From assembly GCF_019059575.1 (NCBI RefSeq), contig NW_024881729.1, forward strand, positions 480,406-544,405: a stretch of DNA of 64,000 bases, read 5' to 3'. The position numbers were made by a program, and so were the translations under genes. A model generated the notes under the pieces. The model worked only from the letters and a program-made list of their open reading frames with translations. It had not been told where the DNA came from and ran no database searches. Source of the DNA: Amphibalanus amphitrite. Taxonomy: Eukaryota. Shown here piece by piece: positions 59,605-64,000 of the stretch. Numbering within the stretch: the stretch's first letter is position 1; each line of letters begins with the position of its first letter.

Positions 59605-60152
59605 GTGAGTCGGGTGGGAGGGATAGCTAGGTTGACTGGTGAGACTTGGTGTTCGGAAACTGAGTCTTTTTAGATGTTGAATTGCAGTTGTTGAGTGATG
59701 ATGTAGCAGTACTTTCATATGCCAGTATATCAGCTCAGCAACCGATGCGGTGCCACAGGACCCGGAAGCACGTCTCAATGCCTTGGCCATTCCTGTACCC
59801 GTCCGTTGATGTATCGAGCTGTTTCGATCCAGGGAATCAGTATATTAGCTCACCGCTCCCCTCCCTTCGCATTTGCCTCATTATCGACTTGGTATTGACC
59901 GACCCAGGGGCTGGACGCTGGGGTCGCTAAGTGTATCAACCCACCTCCCTCCCCCTTTTTCCCATTGGCCTCATTATCGACGCAATACTGTCCGACCAAG
60001 GGACTCGAATAGCCATGTGTAGTAAACCTCCGTTTCCTCTTTCTCCTTCCGCCCAGTCATAGGTATCGATCTTATGCTGTTCGATCCAGGGATCAGGGAC
60101 TGGAATCACCGCGTGTATTAACCCCCGTTCTCCCCGTCCCCTTCCGCTGCAG

Positions 60153-60314
60153 TATCGAGCTACGATGTCAGCAGGAGCTGCGGAGAAACGACCGGCAGGC
60201 GGTGTACCTACATCTGGCGGCCCACCTGCCCTGTGGTACCCAGACACTCATCAAACGGGCCAAACAGCTGGTACTGGATGAGGAGAAGACTGTCATACGG
60301 CGGCCGCTCAACAG
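60153..60314 (+). CDS. Ubinuclein-like exon: (N)IELRCQQELRRNDRQAVYLHLAAHLPCGTQTLIKRAKQLVLDEEKTVIRRPLN(R).
   Basis: It matches the UBN1 segment [54 protein letters not shown]. The acceptor is ccgctgcag and the donor is GTCAGA. Confidence 0.7.
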
Positions 60315-60812
60315 GTCAGACGGGAGAGGGTATAGGTGGCTATGTGGCTAGACAGAGCGAGGGACGGCTCATGGTTCAAAATATTAGCCAGGCTCGGTAA
60401 GGTTTATTGTCTAGACAGTCTGAGTAAGGACGGCTCGATGGCAGATTTTCGAGCGGACCCGCTATATCCGCTGACTCCGGCATAGAACCCGGAAGGCGGT
60501 GTATAGTGTTTACTGTCTAACCATGGTTCGCTGCCGGGTGCCCCGTGCCGATGCCTCGTTCATGTGCTGCGCGACTGTTAACCTCTCGGCAGTGTGGTGT
60601 CTTGGGTCGTTAATCACAGTTATACCGCTGGTGCCACCGGAAATGCCTGCTCCGCGTTGCAGTATGCAGCTATCGCGTGAATGCCAACTGGTAGCAGGGT
60701 CAACGCGTCGCGATATCCCCTTCCGTCTGGTATACGACCTAATATCGAGACCGGGGCCTCTTGCTTTTGTGTATAATCGTATGCTGATGTTTGGCATGTC
60801 TTCTTTTGACAG

Positions 60813-60893
60813 GTTGAAGGAATCCATCGCAGCAACTATGCCCGGTCTCAAGGAGAGATATGCTGAGGACTGCAAAAAGGTCATGGAAGCCAA
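60813..60893 (+). CDS. Ubinuclein-like exon: (R)LKESIAATMPGLKERYAEDCKKVMEAK.
   Basis: It matches UBN1 [27 protein letters not shown]. The acceptor is tcttttgacag and the donor is GTAAGT. Confidence 0.7.
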
Positions 60894-62375
60894 GTAAGTG
60901 ACATTTTTTTGATACAATTTATGAAACGCTGCCCGTAGTTTCCTTCGAAACCCCATTACATTTTGCGATAGTTTAAGGTTACTTTTTGTCCGTTTCTCAT
61001 GGGTGTAAAGTTATTTCCATATTTAACCTGAGCGTTGCATAAGATGTGAACAGCAGTATCGTCAGTCAAAAGACAGAAACCGTTCTGTTCGCGATGCCGC
61101 GTTGCCGTATGCTGGTCCAGTTGTTAAATTCGCCTTTTAGGCCGTATTCTGAGCTGTGCCTATTCTCTGCGCAGCCCCAACAATTACTGGGAGCTGTATT
61201 ACCAATTTTGGTAAGAGCACACGCAGTGAACCTCTCAGAGAGAGGAAGGGAGTGGAGCTGCTTGGGTGTGGGTCGGTTATGGTGCTCCTCTTTACTCTGC
61301 CTGCTGGCGCCTCTTTGGTTTGTGTGTCTGGTGTGGGGTGCAACTCAGAGATGCAATATTTGATTTGCAGCCAAAATCAGGAGTGTCTACGGCGTTGGGC
61401 GACGAGTTTCGACGCGGTTTTTCGATTTTGGCGGCCGCTCTGTCGATGGACAGACTGGTGCCTCGATTCCTTATTTGCAGCGTTGCCGGACGTTCGTCAA
61501 TATTGCATCTCTGTGACGGTTGTGGCGATGTGAGAGTGACTCTGTGTACTAACTGACACGCGGAGCACGGTGGAGGTTGAAGGAGGCGGGACGCCCACCA
61601 GCCGGTGTCCGTCCTTTTTTACTGCCACCGAGGGGTCCGGTAGGACCCGAGCTGGGCTAGAGCGTGACAGTGGCGACGGCACTGTGGACCGCTGATTGCC
61701 TCCGCCGCCACCGCTGCCACTACCGCCCTTGCCGCTGCTGGGCTGATGCTGCTGTAGCTTTCTCAAGTGAAGCAGTGTCTGTCTTAGCTGTAGCAGCCTA
61801 GCTTACTCGGTGGCACTCAGTAAATTAAATGCATCGAACAGTCTGTGCTCAGCTGAAGTGAACTTCCATCGTCACCCCTAACTACATTTCCGCAAGCTGC
61901 AGTTCATCGTCATCGTCATCGTCATAGTCATCGTCATCATCACCATCACCATCATCACCATGTTCATAATCGGGCTGCACGCTGTTCTTTGGGCCCTCAG
62001 TGTTGCACATAATACTGCCGGCGTGTGGGGACGTGTTCATATACTAGTCAGCTTTAGAATTCATAATAGAAGCTAGCGCTAGCAACAGATTGTGTGGTAG
62101 CTCAGAAGACTTGGCTCATAAGATTGGTGAAGAATCTTCAATATAGTGCCTAGGCTCTGATGTTGATACTCATAGTGGATATAACTTCCCACTTTTTTGA
62201 GAGAATGAATTCAACATAACTGTGCAATATGCAACACAATGTGACCCATGATCTTCGTTCACATATTCCTAGAATTTAAGCTGCATGCCACGATAGGCTC
62301 TGCTTGCAGTATATTTAATATTCGCCGTACCATACCCTGTATACCGTGCAGTATTTGACCCGCTCCGGCCGACAG

Positions 62376-62483
62376 GGAGCTGCCGATGCCCGACTCGAAG
62401 AAGGCCGAGCAGCCGGCCGGCGCGCCCGACGCCAAGCCGCCCGCCCTACCCAGGAAACGGTTCCGCTGGAACGATACCACCAG
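62376..62483 (+). CDS. Ubinuclein-like exon: ...MPDSKKAEQPAGAPDAKPPALPRKRFRWNDTT(R).
   Basis: PRKRFRWNDTTR matches UBN1 PRKKFQWNDEIR. The acceptor used is ccgacag|G, because the upstream cag at 62350 gives an in-frame TGA. The donor is CAG|GTGGAG. Exons between 60893 and 62376 are not resolved. Confidence 0.5.
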
Positions 62484-62822
62484 GTGGAGTGGAGTGGAGG
62501 GACTGGGGACGGGCGAGCTGCTGAATAGGATTTTAGGATGCGATGAATGAATTTTGTCATTTGGCGTCGATCAAGGGAGGAAGGGTTTGGTGAGGCGGGG
62601 TGTGTTTTGTGGGCTAGAATGTAGATTGTTTCGATGGTGTATTCATATTTTGTTGTAAACGATTCGTTCATATGTGTCATTCATTCATTCATTCATTCAT
62701 TCATTCATTCATTCATTCATTCATTCAATCAATCAATCAATCAATCGTTCAATCAATCAATCCACTATGGTCACTGGGTCTCACCTTCTCCCATCTGACT
62801 CCGATCCGCTCTCTTCTCACAG

Positions 62823-63011
62823 GGAGCACCTGCACCGTGTCATCGAGGTGCGCGCCCACTCGTTCAAGATGCTCAAGAAGCGGCAGGGCTCTGTGGAGGA
62901 GTTCCTCAAGACGTTCCTGGACACGGACGTGCTGCCCCTCTGGGAGAAGGGCTGGATGACGGGCCGCGAGCTGATGAAGCGCTGCCTGCCCGTCTTCCAG
63001 GAGGAGATCAA
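62823..63011 (+). CDS. Ubinuclein-like exon: (R)EHLHRVIEVRAHSFKMLKKRQGSVEEFLKTFLDTDVLPLWEKGWMTGRELMKRCLPVFQEEI(K). The gene continues beyond the window.
   Basis: LPLWEKGWMTGREL matches UBN1 KPLWPKGWMQARTL. The acceptor is tcttctcacag and the donor is AA|GTGAGT. Confidence 0.7.
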
Positions 63012-64000
63012 GTGAGTTGATGTGCTGTGTGCCGCCTGTTCCGGGCCCCGCTGGCTGCTCGGCCGGGTAGGGTGCGATGAACACGGCTCGGTGGCTGGTG
63101 GTGGCGGTGCGGGAGTTGTGATATGATTGTTGATGCGGATTATAGTATCAGGCGTTGTCATATCAGGGAAGGGCTCGCGGTGATTCTCAGGAAACCAGTA
63201 CAAATTTATTGGTATCCTGGCGAGCTAGTTCAAACGGGTGGTACAATGCCGCAATGCAATACAAATTAGCTGAATTCGGTGACATATGTGCTCAATGCGC
63301 ATGACCTGTACACTTATTAATTTCATGTAATTTTTATGGACAATTATCTTTAATTTGGCCGAGCTCAATATATCTGAGGCCGGTGCTGATGTTGAATGCT
63401 ACTGATGTTGCACGCTTTTGTCTGTCTTGTCGTTGATTTTGAGCACTTTTTGCATGTCTGCATGCCGCATGTGATGGGTTTGGAGGGGGAATGCTCTAAT
63501 TCGGGCTGGGTTCTCTGCTATGATGTTTGGTTTTTGGATGTTGTTTTGTGTGCGTGTGTATATACGAGTGTGTTCCCCGCAAAAAATGAACTTGGTGGTG
63601 GTATGAATTATCCTGTGCTCAATGGCGTGGAACCCGGGCTTGCTTGCCTGTTTCCCTGGCATGCTAATTTGATGTGAATGCGCTTCGAGTGCTGTTGTAT
63701 TCTATGGAATTTCGATTGTATGTGTGAACGCATGTCTCTGACTTTTAATGAGCCCGCTTAACTTAATCGGAATACACCAGAGGCCTTGTCCTCAAAATAA
63801 TATAATGGCCTGAGCGCCACCAGCGCTCAGGCGCCTTGTATTTCCGGTACCTTTTCTGTATGTTTGTTAAACCCTATCCTTTAAATGCTGCGAACCTGAT
63901 CCTGAATATATGGTGAGATTGATGCCTGTTTGAATGGTGAGATTAGTTTGTCTGAAGCAATATATGTATTTTTCGGTAAGCGCGGTGAGCCCTCACAGAG

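Noticed and set aside
61371-61533. Candidate ubinuclein-like exon after the tgatttgcag acceptor (QNQECLRRWATSFDAVFRFWRPLCRW...)
   Set aside because: The frame is open, but the sequence does not resemble the corresponding acidic UBN region. It is left unresolved rather than annotated.

Overview
This window is eukaryotic nuclear DNA, not prokaryotic. Coding exons are GC-rich and obey GT-AG splicing; the intergenic and intronic DNA is AT-rich and full of microsatellites, G/C homopolymers and small TIR-bounded elements. Only three genes can be named from their sequence, all with canonical splice junctions.

- **Major vault protein (minus strand):** two coding exons, 31831..31973 and 28706..31145, joined by a single phase-2 intron.
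- **Ribosomal protein L15 (minus strand):** three coding exons, 42103..42274, 41414..41661 and 39643..39836.
- **Ubinuclein-like gene (plus strand):** at least nine exons from 54090 onward, running past the window end; the match is the Ubinuclein/Hpc2 HUN domain (GYDENDPFIDNSD, FGGFYIN) and the Ubinuclein middle domain.

The most novel content is a same-strand cluster of three paralogous genes at 11388-14794, 17055-18397 and 23882-25799. Each encodes a low-complexity protein with a different repeat type (KPxxSYGPPK and HRP repeats; Gly-rich with a hydrophobic helix; His/Glu/Pro-rich). All three end in a conserved ~65-70 aa module with four cysteines (C-x5-C ... C-x5-7-C). Genes A and C have clear N-terminal signal peptides; B's is weak. 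Genes A and B have a phase-2 intron inside this module.

The mobile-element load is high.
- Three copies of a ~1.2 kb TTAA-flanked MITE with CCCGCGCC...poly-G TIRs sit at 8596-9793, 27070-28250 (inverted) and 56073-57655.
- Smaller TTAA-flanked MITEs lie at 42990-43462, 55654-56072 and nested at 56322-56733.
- A ~5.8 kb TIR-bounded DNA transposon at about 43530-49340 carries a 1053-aa transposase-like ORF; the N-terminus of that ORF is encoded by a 78-bp minisatellite.
- A 170-bp inverted duplication at 17855-18020 and 20775-20945 encloses a satellite-bearing element.

RPL15 introns 1 and 2 each hold a ~125 bp, ~95% identical element with H/ACA-snoRNA-like hallmarks.

No rRNA, tRNA or CRISPR was found.
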